Positions 1 to 15,172 of a stretch of DNA of 64,000 bases are shown here, piece after piece. The notes below the pieces were generated by a model. It was not told the origin of the DNA. It saw only the letters and a program-made list of their open reading frames with translations, and did not search any database. Every line of letters begins with the position of its first letter. The first letter of the stretch is position 1. The position numbers were made by a program, and so were the translations under genes. The DNA is from the human T2T-CHM13v2.0 reference genome, Homo sapiens: assembly GCF_009914755.1 (NCBI RefSeq), contig NC_060940.1. One strand, 5' to 3'.

Positions 1-2038
1 CACTTGTATTGTTTATTTATCTTGGGTGATTTGGGGATCAGTACCTATGAAATTAAAGGCAGAGGCACTAAAATACATTGTGTGAATCTGGGAGGGACCA
101 TTCATATTGTAATTTACCCTAGTGGTACCCTGTTGATAGTATGCTGGGATTGCAGTGATGAGCTAAAGCTCTCCCAAACCACTCTTTGGCCGCTATCCCT
201 AGCACCATTGTGTTCATCATGTTCAAAGGAACTGCTGACAATGATTCTCTTTGTTTGTTAAACACATAAATGAGCTCATAGTTTGGTGCTGATTAACAAA
301 TACACTGAATTTAGAGAACTTGATACACAGCCCACTGACCTTGTTACTTGTATTCCATCTTGAAATCCACTCAGTAGTTACACCAATATTATAATACCAA
401 TGATTGGGCTTGATCCCAGTTTTCTCGTGTCAAAAAGAGAAAAATTTTTAAATAAAGCCAACTAGGGTGGGTTTAGTGACAATAAAATTTTGTTTAAATG
501 TATAAAGCAAATAGCCCAATGTCTAAAACTTAATGTAACTACAATAAAACCATTTTCTCTTCCAGGTCATTTCTAAATTTTGTAAAAAGAATAAAATTAA
601 AGGCACATCTTTATTTTTCTGTGAAGTATATCTTTAATTTCATACCCCCATTTCTTCTGGTTTGAGACTACCTCTAAGATACCATGCTATATCCCAGTAC
701 TTTTTCTTACCCAAGTCATTTGTTTACCTGCATCAGTTTTCTAGTAATTTTGGCATGGAACACTATCAAAGACATTTATAATTAGATGAGTAATATTTGT
801 TCCAGATTATTCCTTTACCCCCTTTCTTTAATGGAACTGTGAATATTTGTGATCTGTTTATATAGTTACATATATATAACCTTTAAAAGTTTCCCTTTGT
901 CTACTTATATGTTGAAGAATTAATGAACTTAGTTCTTTGTGAAAAAGGAATAAAGCAAGCAGATGTGGGAGAAGTCCACTTTACGACTTCAGTGAACTGG
1001 TTGTGTTCTGATTAAAGAATAATGCTTAGAATTTCATATTGTCAACACAAGGGAAATTAGCATGTCCATATTTGAATTTAGTGCATAATTTGGCATGCAG
1101 TATAAGACCATAAATATGCTAGTACGTGCCTACGTAACAATTTGTGGCATGAATCACATGTAATATTTACTCTGAGTTGGTTTTAAAGCGCATTTGGAAA
1201 CCAGAATTAACCAGATGACACTTTATTATGTATTGGGACTGATGTAATGTAAAATTTAATTACATAATATTTCACACACAGCTGTGACAAAACATATATG
1301 AGCTTCCAAGATTCGCCAGCTAAACTGACATGAAGATCTTTTGGGAAGATTATCAAAGTGGGTTACCTTCTCTGGATAAATGAGAGTCTGTTTATATGTC
1401 CTGAGGCTCTTTTCTTAAATACTCAAATGCCATTTGTACCAAGTTCCTTTGAGAGAACAGATATGCTCTAGAGAATCTGTTACAACAAAGCAAAACAAAC
1501 AGTTCATCTGCAGCACCTTGAAAAGCATCACATGTAGTTGATGAGCTCGCCCTACTATAATCCCCTTTGTGTTTACAAAGCTTCAGATTTTTGGTATCTA
1601 ATTGCTAGCAAACAGTAGATAATAAAATGCACTCATCAAACCAAACAGGATTTGAGTTCATTTTGTGGCTACATTGTCTCTGTCTAAAAAAATTTTATCT
1701 GAAATGTGCTTAATGAAAAGCCATTTTACACCTAGAGAGAGAAATTTAATTAGAATAAAGTGAATGAGCTGCCAATACCATCAATTCAGTGAACATTTTA
1801 GTATTTACTCGGCACTGCGCAAGGAGACGAAGAGATATGGGAGATTGATTTTTTTAAAGGTTTGTGTTTCCAGAACTTTCTATTTGAGGTTATGTGGTAG
1901 TGTGGGAAACAGTCTCAAAGGCTGCAGAAGAGACCCTTTGATGCCCCCTTCCATGCTTCTGTTTCAAGAGCATCCTAACATTAGTCCAAGCTGAGCAAGG
2001 GAGATGGAAGGAGTCACTCAAAACTAAATCCGCATTTA

Positions 2039-2356
<318 letters not shown>

Positions 2357-2899
2357 AAAACAATACTTTGATGAGGCCCTTTCCCACATAGGCTGTGATC
2401 TGCTCTTACTCTGTGGCCCTCTCTGGCACTAGGGCTTCCTACTAGTTCTCAGATCTTCCTTCAGATGTGTTTCAAGGAGGGGAGTTGGTGAAGAATGGAA
2501 CTGTGAAAGTCTGGATCTTCATCACAGTAGCCTTAAAAGGAAGCTCTTTTGCTAGCTTCAGGTTATCTTAACCTGCAATTCAAAGATGCAAAGCTGGCCA
2601 GGATATGTGGTAAATAATGTCAGTAAGGTTGACCCTTAGAACAATTCTGGGGTGAAATAACACACAAAGGGTTCCTGATTCATTAAAGGCAGCTAAATTC
2701 TGACAGCAAATCTGTAGCCATAAAATTGAGGGCAGCTATAACAGACTTCGATGTCAGTTTCTCCATAAAGGGGCAGTTTATATTCTCTTACCCTGAAATT
2801 ATTCTTGCAATTACACAGCTGACTTTAATATGCTTTGACCAGTTCTGATAATGTTGTCCATGCCTTTATTCTTCTATCTATATTGCCCCTTCTCCCTAC

Positions 2900-3150
2900 A
2901 ATATTCATCATCTATAGCTCAACTCATAGTTCTGAATACCACCCAGCATCACTTTTTTAAGGAAATTCCTCTCTGTAATTCAGGTATCTCAGTAATTCCA
3001 CTATGAAAACATTTTAAATTATGCATTGGGATTGTCTATTTTGTCTGCCTCCACCACCAGGTTGTAAACTTCTTAAGAAAGAGCATAGCCTCTTCCTGTG
3101 TGTCTCCAGGTTCAAGCACCATGCCTGGTACAATGTAAGTGCTGAACTAA
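2900..3150 (+). mobile_element. L2 3' end fragment
   Basis: Resembles the L2 terminus (tgtctccagg...agcaccatgcctggtacaatgtaagtgctgaa); highly diverged. Confidence 0.55.
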
Positions 3151-4553
3151 AGAAGAAAAATCAGCTAAGAAATCCCTTTTACTGAATTTGTCTCATAAAT
3201 TTATGATTTATAGCACTCCAAGCTCTCAAAGAAAGATAGAGATCATTGCATTTAAGGATTCTCAACCATTCTGGTCACAGGACAAATGACAGTTACATTT
3301 GCAAGTACCACTTATGGGATATATTTATATTTTGGGGAAAAATGCAAGATTATAAATTAATACAATAATTTTTAATCACCATACTCAAGAACAGACTAAT
3401 AATATCATTCTGTTCACTATGGTCCTGGATTAATTAATTTTCAGACTTTTGCAATTTCAGAAATCTTAACTGTAGATTCACCCATCAAAATCTACATCAC
3501 AATGGCCAGGAATTGCCTGTTTAATTTTTTATTATTCAGATTATAAACCCTATGTAGGCAAGTCTGTGTAACAGAAAATTCAGTGACTTAATGGGTACCG
3601 TATATGATTCCCTCTGGTGAGATTTTGACTTAAGAGACACAAACACTCTTTATTATAAGTCATGACTTGTATTCAAGTTTCATGTAAAATAATATGTGAA
3701 GCCATATGTGAACTTATACAGGGCAAGACACCAGAAAGAGCTCTATCATAGCAAGAAGAGATACCACGAAATTGTATTTCTATTTCATTGAACTCCTGAT
3801 GATGCCGGGTGAAAGGCTAGTGATTTGACTCTCATACATATTGAAATTCTCACAGAACAAAAGTCTGAGTCTTTTTCCCAGAGTCTGGTATCCAGTCCTA
3901 CTAGGTCTTTGTGTGCTGACTGTGAAAGCAGTGAGCAACAGGAGCCCACACGCCCGCAATCATCATTGTTCCTATGAGATTATCTCAATAAATGCTGCTC
4001 TAACAAGCCTGTGCATGTGTGCATCTTAATCATTTGGCCTTGTTTGCTTGAACTAAGCAACATTTTCCCCATGTCCTAACCCACAGCATAATTAATTCTT
4101 CATTCTTCCTTTTGTGTTAATGCTGAAATTTATATTGGTTGTTTTCTCCAAAATCCATAATCAAAATTTGAGGTTGCAGAATATCCTGGGAAATCCATTT
4201 GCCATCCTCTTGATATAGAGTCCTCTTTTCTATATGTATTCATTTTAATTTATTCCATAATTTAATTAATGTACATTTTCCACCAAGAGATGTTTATACA
4301 ATTTTTAGCCCTTTTATGCTCTGCTCTTACACTTGATTGATAATTGGTTTTGATATAGAAGCCTAGGATTCAAGTATTTTTTAATGAGAATTTTGATAGC
4401 ATTATTGTGATATATTTTAATATCCAATATTACTGTTGACAAGTCTTATTCTATATGCATTTACATTATTTTGCACATGACCTGTTAGTCTATTTAGAAG
4501 ACAGTGAAGATCATTATCTCTGATGTTCTAAAACTTCATGATTGTATACCATG

Positions 4554-4598
4554 GTGTGTTTGTGTGTGTGTGTGTGTTTGTCTGTGTGTGTGAGTGTG
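4554..4598 (+). repeat. Imperfect (TG)n microsatellite
   Basis: Interrupted TG dinucleotide run visible directly. Confidence 0.85.
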
Positions 4599-5676
4599 CA
4601 TTACTCTGTTTCCTTTAGGCTTTTTGAACACTTTCAAGTATCTTCTTCTGTGTTTTTACTGTTATCTCTATCTAAAACTTGAATTAAATTTTGAGACTTC
4701 CAATTACACTTTTAAAAAAGTTTGCATCTTCTACTTTTCATATTTTTATTTTTGCTTTTGGCTTACTCTTAATACCTTCTCTTGATGTTATCTCTTCAGC
4801 ATTCTAATGATTAAGGAATACATGCACACACACACACTTATATGAAATGTTCTTAACTAAAAAATAATTTTATTTGCTCTTTGAATTTTATGATTTCCTA
4901 TTGGCTTGATTGGTCGCTCTCATGTTGGAGTATTTCCTCAAGTATTTAGTAGTCCTTGGGTATCCATTCAATAAAGCAACAAAACATGCATAGAGAAAGT
5001 ATTAATGACTAGTTATCCTTGGGTTACAGTCTATATATTGTAGCCCAACATTTTATTTGGGATATGTATGTGGAGGTGTTTGGGTCATTCAGTATCTCCA
5101 AAAGAGAATCCTCTCATCTCTCGCTTGAGTATGAATAAGCCACAATTCCAAAATGTTGTGAAAACAATGGCTAAAGAAGAAATAGTCTTCAGTACACTAT
5201 GTAAATCATTACTTTTTCACTTTTAACTGTCCCATCCCCTGTTCACCTTACCTCCACATTCTGACTAGTATGGCTGAACCCAGGTATTTTGATTAAATTT
5301 CTCTAAATAATAAACCTAAATAAACCGATTTCTCTAAATAATAAAAGAAAGAGTCATTGGAGGAGGAAGGAGTAATTTCTAAGGTGTGTGAGATAAAAGA
5401 GAAGCAGGAGAGATACAAAAGAATATTTGTAAAGACCCTGTGTTCACACCTTCAACAATCCACCTTCTAATTCTGAACCCCCCACCACCCACCAGGGGTT
5501 CTGCAGGGCAAATTGTCCAATTTCTGTCTTTCCCCTCAGAACGCACTTATGATTTAACTTTCTTCTGTAACAGTTGCAACTCCTCCTCCTCCACCTGTAT
5601 TCTAGCTGCCAAATTTGCTGAAAAAATTGGTCTGCTCTTTTCTTGTTATCGTTCTCTTTGTCATTTAAATAAATAG

Positions 5677-6216
<540 letters not shown>

Positions 6217-6743
6217 TTAAAATATGTAGTTACATGAATGAGGGGCATAGGAGTCACACGTTTTTGCTTATGCAAACAGAAAACTTAACGACATATAAAA
6301 CACAGATGTGAAAATTTAAATGGCTGGCACAGAAAACCAGATTGACTACTCTAAGGCAGGAAAACAAGTAAACATTTTTCAACTCCAAATTATCTTCAGT
6401 GCTTGAAACAGGAGGAAAAGTAGTCAAACACATCCCTGTGGAAGAAAATGGATGCAACACTTGGAAAAAATAATATGGCAATATGAATAAGAATCATTTT
6501 TATGCTACCTATTTTATTAATTCTGATTCTGGCACTCTAGCTTATGAAGTGGCAGGGAGAGGCAAATATTGTAATAATAAATAAATCATGTATAATTGGT
6601 GAAAGAAGGAAAATAGGAAGAAAAGAAAGACAAATGACAGGAAGAAAAAAAAACCTGGATAAAAACTGGTAACCAAGACATTTTCCTACATAAAAATAAT
6701 ATATGCATAAGACAGACTGTATGAAGTTCTTAAAAATGGCTTC

Positions 6744-7127
6744 TTTCATATGTTCCTTGGCTGCATAAATGTCTTCTTTTGAGAAGTGTCTGTTCATATC
6801 CTTCACCCACTTTTTGGTGGGGTTGTTTGGTTTTTTCTTGTAAATTTGTTTATTTGTAGATTCTGGATATTAGCCACTTGTCAGATGGACAGATTGCAAG
6901 AATTTTCTCCCATTTTGTAGGCTGCCTGTTCACTATGATGATAGTTTCTTTTGCTGTGCAGAAGCTCTTTAGTTTAATTAGATCCCATTTGTCAATTTTG
7001 GCTTTTGTTGTCATTGCTTTTGGCGTTTTTGTCAAGAAATCTTTGCCCATGCTTACGTCCTGAATGGTATTGCCTAGGTTTTCTTCTGGGGTTTTTTTAT
7101 AATTTCAGGTCTTACATTTAAGTCTTT
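6744..7127 (-). mobile_element. L1PA ORF2 segment, inverted 5' part of a twin-primed L1
   Basis: Minus-strand ORFs read [35 protein letters not shown] and MKDMNRHFSKEDIYAA, which are L1 ORF2p C-terminal sequence. Confidence 0.95.
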
Positions 7128-7128
7128 G

Positions 7129-7680
7129 AGCAATCCTATTACTGGGTATATACCCAAAGGATTACAAATCATCCTATTAAAAAGACACATGCACACATAT
7201 GTTTATTGTGGCACTTTTCACAATAGCAAAGACTCGGAACCAACCCAAATGTCCATCAATAATAGACTGGATAAAGAAAATATGGCACATATACACCATG
7301 GGATACTATGCAGCCATAAAAATGGATGAGTTCATGTCCTTTGCAGGGACATGGATGAAGCTGGGAAACATCATTCTCAGCAAACTATCACAAGAACAGA
7401 AAACCAAATACTGCATATTGTCACTCATGAATGGGAGCTAAACAATAAGAGACACATGGACACAAGGAGGGAAGCATCACACACCGGGGCCTGTTATGGG
7501 ATGGGGGGCTAGGGTAGGGATAGCATTAGGAGAAATACCTAATGTAGATGACAGGTTGATGGGTGCAGCATACCACCATGGCACATGTATACCTATGTAA
7601 CAAACCTGCAGATGCTGCACATGTATCCCAGAACTTAAAATATAATGAAAAATAAAATAAATAAATAATAATAATAATAA
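7129..7680 (+). mobile_element. L1PA ORF2 end, 3' UTR and tail (forward part of the twin-primed L1)
   Basis: MFIVALFTIAKTRNQPKCPS...WIKKIWHIYTM peptide, G-rich 3' UTR and A/AAT tail. Confidence 0.95.
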
Positions 7681-7688
7681 TAGCTTCA

Positions 7689-7997
<309 letters not shown>

Positions 7998-8092
7998 ATG
8001 GCTTCACATATTAAAAAATACCATCTACTAATGGTAGTTTTGAATGTTGGACAAAAAATCATGTATGCAATGTGACCACTGCTCACTTGGAC

Positions 8093-9519
8093 AGGTTCGA
8101 ATCATAATCCTGAAAAACACAATCCCAATGCCGTCATTCCAAATGTTGAAATCCTAAAAGATCACAATCCCTAAATTATAAATCCCTAAAGTCTCAAATC
8201 CTTAACACCTAACATCGTGAAAATTTCAATCCCAGGATAGTGGCAACATGTTAGGTAGAACCATTACCTTGTTATCGTCTTTATTTAAAAATGAAGTATG
8301 GTTTCAGGAGATGCATATGGGTGCCAAGTGGACAAGGGGCGGACTTGCGAACTTAATTTTAGGTGTCAGTTTGACTGGACTATGGAATACCTACAAACCT
8401 GGTAAACGTTATTCTGGGTATGTCTGTGAGGGTGTTTTGAGAGGAGATTAGTGTGTGAGTCTGAGTGGATTCGGTGGAATGCTCATGTCAGTGTATATCG
8501 AATCATAGAAGAATTTCAAAGAGGAGGGCATTGTGGAAAATAATGTGAAATAATTCTTTGACGATAACTACATCCTAAAAAATAAAAAGCAGCTATTCAT
8601 TGTGATGCAAGACTTCAAAATATGCTAATAATCATGAAAGTGGCCAGCTCTTACAGACTATATTCGTGCAATTTCCTAACACCTATCCCCATAATACACT
8701 TTTCCATATGTCAAATTATCTTGTTAGGTTTTAGTATTTTTTCACTATTTTAAATTGTAAGCAGTATTTTTTTTTTGTAATTTGCTATGGCTACATATTT
8801 CATCTCTATTTCCAATAGTGTAGGTATAAATTGTTTAAAGACTTTTAGAGAGTTCTAATTTGTAGTATGCATTTTTTGCAAACTTAATTCCGCAAAAGTG
8901 TATTATCACAACATTGACTTTGTGTGTAAGCATCATGCATGTACATAAAAACATTGAAACTTCCTCAGTAAATGAAGAGATGTCCTTTTTGTCCATCTGC
9001 ATTTATGAAAGATAAAATTTCTAGAGATCTTGGCTCTTTAACTGCATATGAAGAGGTGACAACATTGCCATTTTTGATTGATCTATCAAAAGACTTTGGT
9101 TGTTCTTCACAATAATTCAGATGCTGGGTGTACACAGTTACCAACTATAATAATATCTGTTTATACATTTCCCTTTGACCTATTTCTTTAAAAATATGTT
9201 TTGTCTGCTTATAACTATTACACTATTACACCCATGCGACTGTCTTTACTGTACCTGAGTGCCTATGCTTGCAGCAATATGTATGTTACTATCACCTGTT
9301 TTATTGTGTGTTTTTATGATTCTGAAATGAATCCCCTTCTAAAAATATAAATAATCATCTTTTAAATAACTTTTAAATTGTTTTATTCAAAATTATATTG
9401 GCAGATAATTGATCTTTTGAGATTGTGATTTTTTGACCCTAGGGATTTTGATCTTTCAGAATTTCAATATTTGGGATTTGGCATTTAGGATTGTGTCTTT
9501 TGTGGGTATAATCGGCTCC
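8093..9519 (+). mobile_element. Ricksha non-autonomous MULE/MuDR DNA transposon
   Basis: Long imperfect TIRs (aggttcgaatcataatcc... / ...gggtataatcggctcc) with AATCC/GGATT subrepeats; 9-bp TSD CACTTGGAC at 8084-8092 and 9520-9528; internal ERVL/MLT2-like fragment. Confidence 0.85.
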
Positions 9520-9859
9520 CACTTGGACTGGCCCTTGAATTCAGAAGACTCTTGAAACTTAGCAACCATTTGTTCATCTGTCTTTGGTGCATTCCAACAA
9601 GTCCTACTTCAGTATAATTCCTATGTGTTCAGAATAAGCCCAGAAAACCACAGTTGCTGACTGTATGCAGTTGAACAAAATAGGCAACTGATATTTTTCT
9701 CTTCTTCTTCCTTTAAACAAGGCAACATTTTCATAAGTAGGAGTTGAGGCATTGAAAGATGAAATTGGCACCTTTGTTATAAGAGAGACAATTGGAAACT
9801 GACCATCTGAATCTTTGTTTAATGCTAGCAATGTTATGTCTTATAAGAGTCTGTTAGTT

Positions 9860-10163
<304 letters not shown>

Positions 10164-10296
10164 TTATGGAAAGTGATGGAGGGTTAACTTCGGTGAGGGT
10201 GCACATTATAATCTCTTATGACATCAGCTGTCTTTTCTAGTAAAAGTCTAAAGGGCAACACAATTGGAATCTTGTTTACTTTGTTTCCAAGGATGA

Positions 10297-10665
<369 letters not shown>

Positions 10666-10738
10666 TAACACATGAATTTACCCATGTAGCCCCTCCATTG
10701 CAGAATGCAATGAAGATTTTTGTGTGCTTCTCTCATGA

Positions 10739-11044
<306 letters not shown>

Positions 11045-11499
11045 AATTTTATTTTTTATAATTATTCATTGTAATATCCATTATTCTACAAGCGTCATTC
11101 TATGTAAATAGCAAGTGCCAGACATGGCCATTTGGGCAAGTCATGTGATAACACAGAAAACAACACATACACTTGTCTCTCTGCCACCACACATAAAATC
11201 TGTGATTCTACCCTTTACTTGCTGCATCTTAGTTGCTTGGCACAGTGCCAGACAAAATAAAAGGTATTATCTAAGTTTATCTTTACATAAATTGATGAGT
11301 TCATAAGTGAACTCAGGTGTTGGTGCCTTGTATTTTGTTCCTATTTTTAAAAGATGTTAAATATTAAATGTATCTCTTGCATTCTCTCATTTCTCTCTCT
11401 CCTGGCCCTCCCCTCTCTCCCTGTTATTGGAAGCTTGAGGCTAACCAATCTTGCCCATCAATAAACGTTACATGAATGAATGAATGAATGGTGGTTCAT

Positions 11500-12585
11500 G
11501 ATCAAGGTCTCCAGATTGCATCCCTGATATTCTTCTTTTCTCACATTCTTTTCTTAGCACATTCTCCCTAGTCAATCTCAGCAACTGTAATCATTTTAGC
11601 CATTATGCCTATGCAGAAAATGTCCAAATAAATGTCTTCAAATCAGAATCCTTCTGACCTTCCAATCCATGAGTAGCTCTGCCAACTTGTTATCTACCAA
11701 TATGACCTACTGGCTCCACAAACTGAATTTTTTTGAATATTTTTATAACCCATCTTTTTGTGCTGTCCATCCATAATACTCTGCTTTCAAGTAGCTCATA
11801 TTCTAGTCAGGAGGAATACATAAAAAATAAGTATAAAATACATTATGAAGATCGTTATATAATGGTATTTCAGACCCTTGTCATTTGGCATCTTGACTCT
11901 AGCAATTGCCTTTTGCTTCTTATCTTTTCTTTAATCCATCCTCTTTGGACTGATCTTCTAACATATTGATGGGTTTAGCAGAGATAGATAAATGTAGGGA
12001 GTTCCTAGGATGAATGTCCTGGAAAAGGGTGGGGTGTTCTGCTTTTCTTCCAGGAAAAGTTGACATATAATGCCAGATGTTGATACTTAAAAATATGTCT
12101 GAAATAGTGCCAACATTCAAATCAGAATATATATGTTGTTGCCATCCAAATTCCAAACAATAAGGTTGAGATGATAATAGTCGCTGAGTTACAGTGACAA
12201 AAAGTATTGGTCAAAGGGAAATAAGAAATAAACAGAAAAGTCAACTGAATAAATAAAAAGTTGGCAATCAGCAGGTGGTTTAGAAAAATTCTGAACTTAA
12301 GTTGTCAAAAACACAATTGTAAATTTTATGCCCATTTTTATCTGTGCCTATTTGTTGAGAAATATTTATATAGAGGGTCAGTTATACAGCAAAGAAATAT
12401 TTCCATTACATAACCATCTTCATAATGTATTTTATAGTTCTTTTTTATGTATTCCTCCTGACTACAATATGAGCTTCTTGAAAACAGAGATGGCATTTTC
12501 TTTATCATGTTAATTCTAGTACTTAGTTTAAGACCTGAGCCAGAATAAGTGGCCATGAATGTTGGTTGAATTAATGAATGAAAAA
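11500..12585 (+). mobile_element. Degraded, rearranged L2
   Basis: Pyrimidine-rich L2-like body and L2-like 3' end (...gttggttgaattaatgaatgaa); contains an internal inverted duplication. Confidence 0.5.
11779..12489. repeat. 87-bp inverted repeat pair (11779-11865 / 12403-12489)
   Basis: Manual alignment gives 80/87 identity; the same peptide (SQEEYIK..YKIHYED) appears in + and - strand ORFs. Confidence 0.92.
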
Positions 12586-13683
12586 TTATCATAAGGCAGC
12601 AACAAGAACGTCACTTAAATAACTGAATAGTGGTGTAATTATAATAAAACTGCCCAGAACTTTTTGCTGAAATATTTTCCTGATCTTGGTAAATTCAGAT
12701 GATGCCAGCTTCTTTTTTCCTCCAAGCTCTGTCTCTGCATCTCTTTGCCAGGTCTCACATCAGCAGTATTCTAAGGAAAACTTAGAAAACCTTTAATGAC
12801 TTTGGAGATATCTTCTCAAAGTGATGTTGTGAGAAGAGTGATTTCATGCTGAATTCCATTCACTTCTGAGAGGGGCTTATACCATTCCTTGCAACAGCAG
12901 GCACTCCAAAACAGCAGCCAAGAAGGAAAGCAATGGTAGGGAGATTCCCCTCCCTGCTGTTGATGAAAGAGTTTTTAGAATGAAGCTTATTGATCCTTGG
13001 TAAGTGAATGGTGCAATTGTGAAGTCTCCCTCCACGATATTAAAGCAAAACCCATTCTAAAGGAAGTCCTGCCTAACCCACTAAGCTGACTCTATTGAAC
13101 AAATTGATAAGGCCTCCCCATCTTTTAGTGATGTATTCCTGGAAAGGCTTTTTCCCAGGATGTGGGTCCATTTCGAGTGAATCACATAGTTACTTGTCTC
13201 TCAGGGAAGCAGATCCATTAGGCAGTAATCTTAGAGGAGGGGAAATGCCATGCTCTTACCTGCCAAAATGAATTGCTTGCTAATATTTCTGCTTTGAAAG
13301 CACTTAAGGTAACTTCTGCTTCATAAAGTTACTTATTAAAAGTCAAAAAGTTTAATATTGTTAAATTTTCTAACAGCAATCAGCAGTGGGATTCAGAATC
13401 ATACTATTCCACAGTTCAGAGAAGCATCACAAATCAGCTGGTGTCATGGGAGTACTTGAATTTCTGCCCAGGTATTCCTTTGTAAGGCCTCTGTTAGAAT
13501 CTTACCCCAAGCAAGAGCTGCTGTTGCTGACAGTACCACAGCTGATGTGTGATTTTAGACAAAATTTCTTAATTGCTGCAGATCCACACAGATTATGTAG
13601 GCACAGTGATTATTCTCAGTGATGAGAGTGACTAGAATGTTCGCACCTCCTGTGCAAGCTATATCTGGTTGAGATTTTACATG

Positions 13684-13910
13684 TATTTATTGAATGCCTA
13701 ATATATGGCAGGCACAGAGCTGATGCATTTCCACATGGTTGCATTTAACTTTCACAACAATTTTGTGAAGTTTCTAATATTGTCTCCATTTTACAAGTGA
13801 TGAAATTTAAGTACAGACAACTTAAGTGTTTTTTCCTAAAATCATAGAGATGAAGTAGGAAACAAAAGATTAGAAGTCAGGTTTCCTGATTCTAACTTAG
13901 AGCTATTTCC
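13684..13910 (-). mobile_element. MIR
   Basis: MIR core (ctccattttacaagtgatgaaa) and the atttattgaatgcc end. Confidence 0.7.
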
Positions 13911-14109
13911 TATACTCTCAACATATGACCTCTTATCTTTCTACATTGACTTTAAAGGATTTAATACCTCATGCTCAGATGGTGCCTGGCAATTCCTGTT
14001 CATTGTCTCTATTTTCCAAGCATCTTATTATCTAATTTAAAAAAAAACCGGAACATGTACTTTTTTGGAAACCTTATATTACAAACATTATGTTGTTCTG
14101 TTATTTAAA

Positions 14110-14296
14110 CCAAGATTCAGCAAATTACCACATGCTCTTGTAAATAAAACTTTATTGAAAGATAGTCACACCCATTTGTCTATGTATTGTCTATGGCTGC
14201 TTTTTTCCTGCGATGGCAGAGCTGAGAAGCAGCAACACAAACTTCATTGCCTGCAAAGTCTAAAATATTTATAATTTGGCCTTTTACAGACTCCTG
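14110..14296. mobile_element. MER58A-like hAT-Charlie MITE
   Basis: gtaaataaaactttattg...tgtctatggctgc...aaaatatttataatttggccttttacaga resembles the MER58 consensus. Confidence 0.7.
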
Positions 14297-14863
14297 CCAT
14301 AGAGAATTTAGAGTTCTAACTCTGAACGTGGCCCTTATATTAGTGTTAATCCATGTATGTGTCCAATTTGCTTTAGTGTACTAAGATGCCCCTAGATAAT
14401 GCTAATGTAATTATACATTTTAAATTAAAGTATTGTCTAAAATGTTTGCTCACTCTTGGTTTAAGCCATGAAAAATCATTCACAGAAATTATTTGCTTTC
14501 GTGCGTAAATGTGCTGGGATGTTCACATACGCACTTTAAAATGTCAGGCAAATCATTTCTTGAAAAAGGCTGGGTTTGCATATGAATGTTGTATCTACAT
14601 ATATATGTTTCTGCCACCTCTCATACCCCATCTTTCATTCCAGCTATTGCTGCAATGACAAGTTTTCTAGAAAAACATTTAGAATAGCTTGTCTCAGCTG
14701 AGCCACATTTCTCTCTCTTGCTGTCTTAGGGTTTCTTTGATGCCACAGGATGGGATGTCTGGAGGTATCTATTCCCATGCAGTACGAAACTGGACAAGGA
14801 AGGGATTTACATCCCATGGTCAATCCTTAACTCATAGGATTAAACAACAACACAAAACAGTAG

Positions 14864-15172
<309 letters not shown>

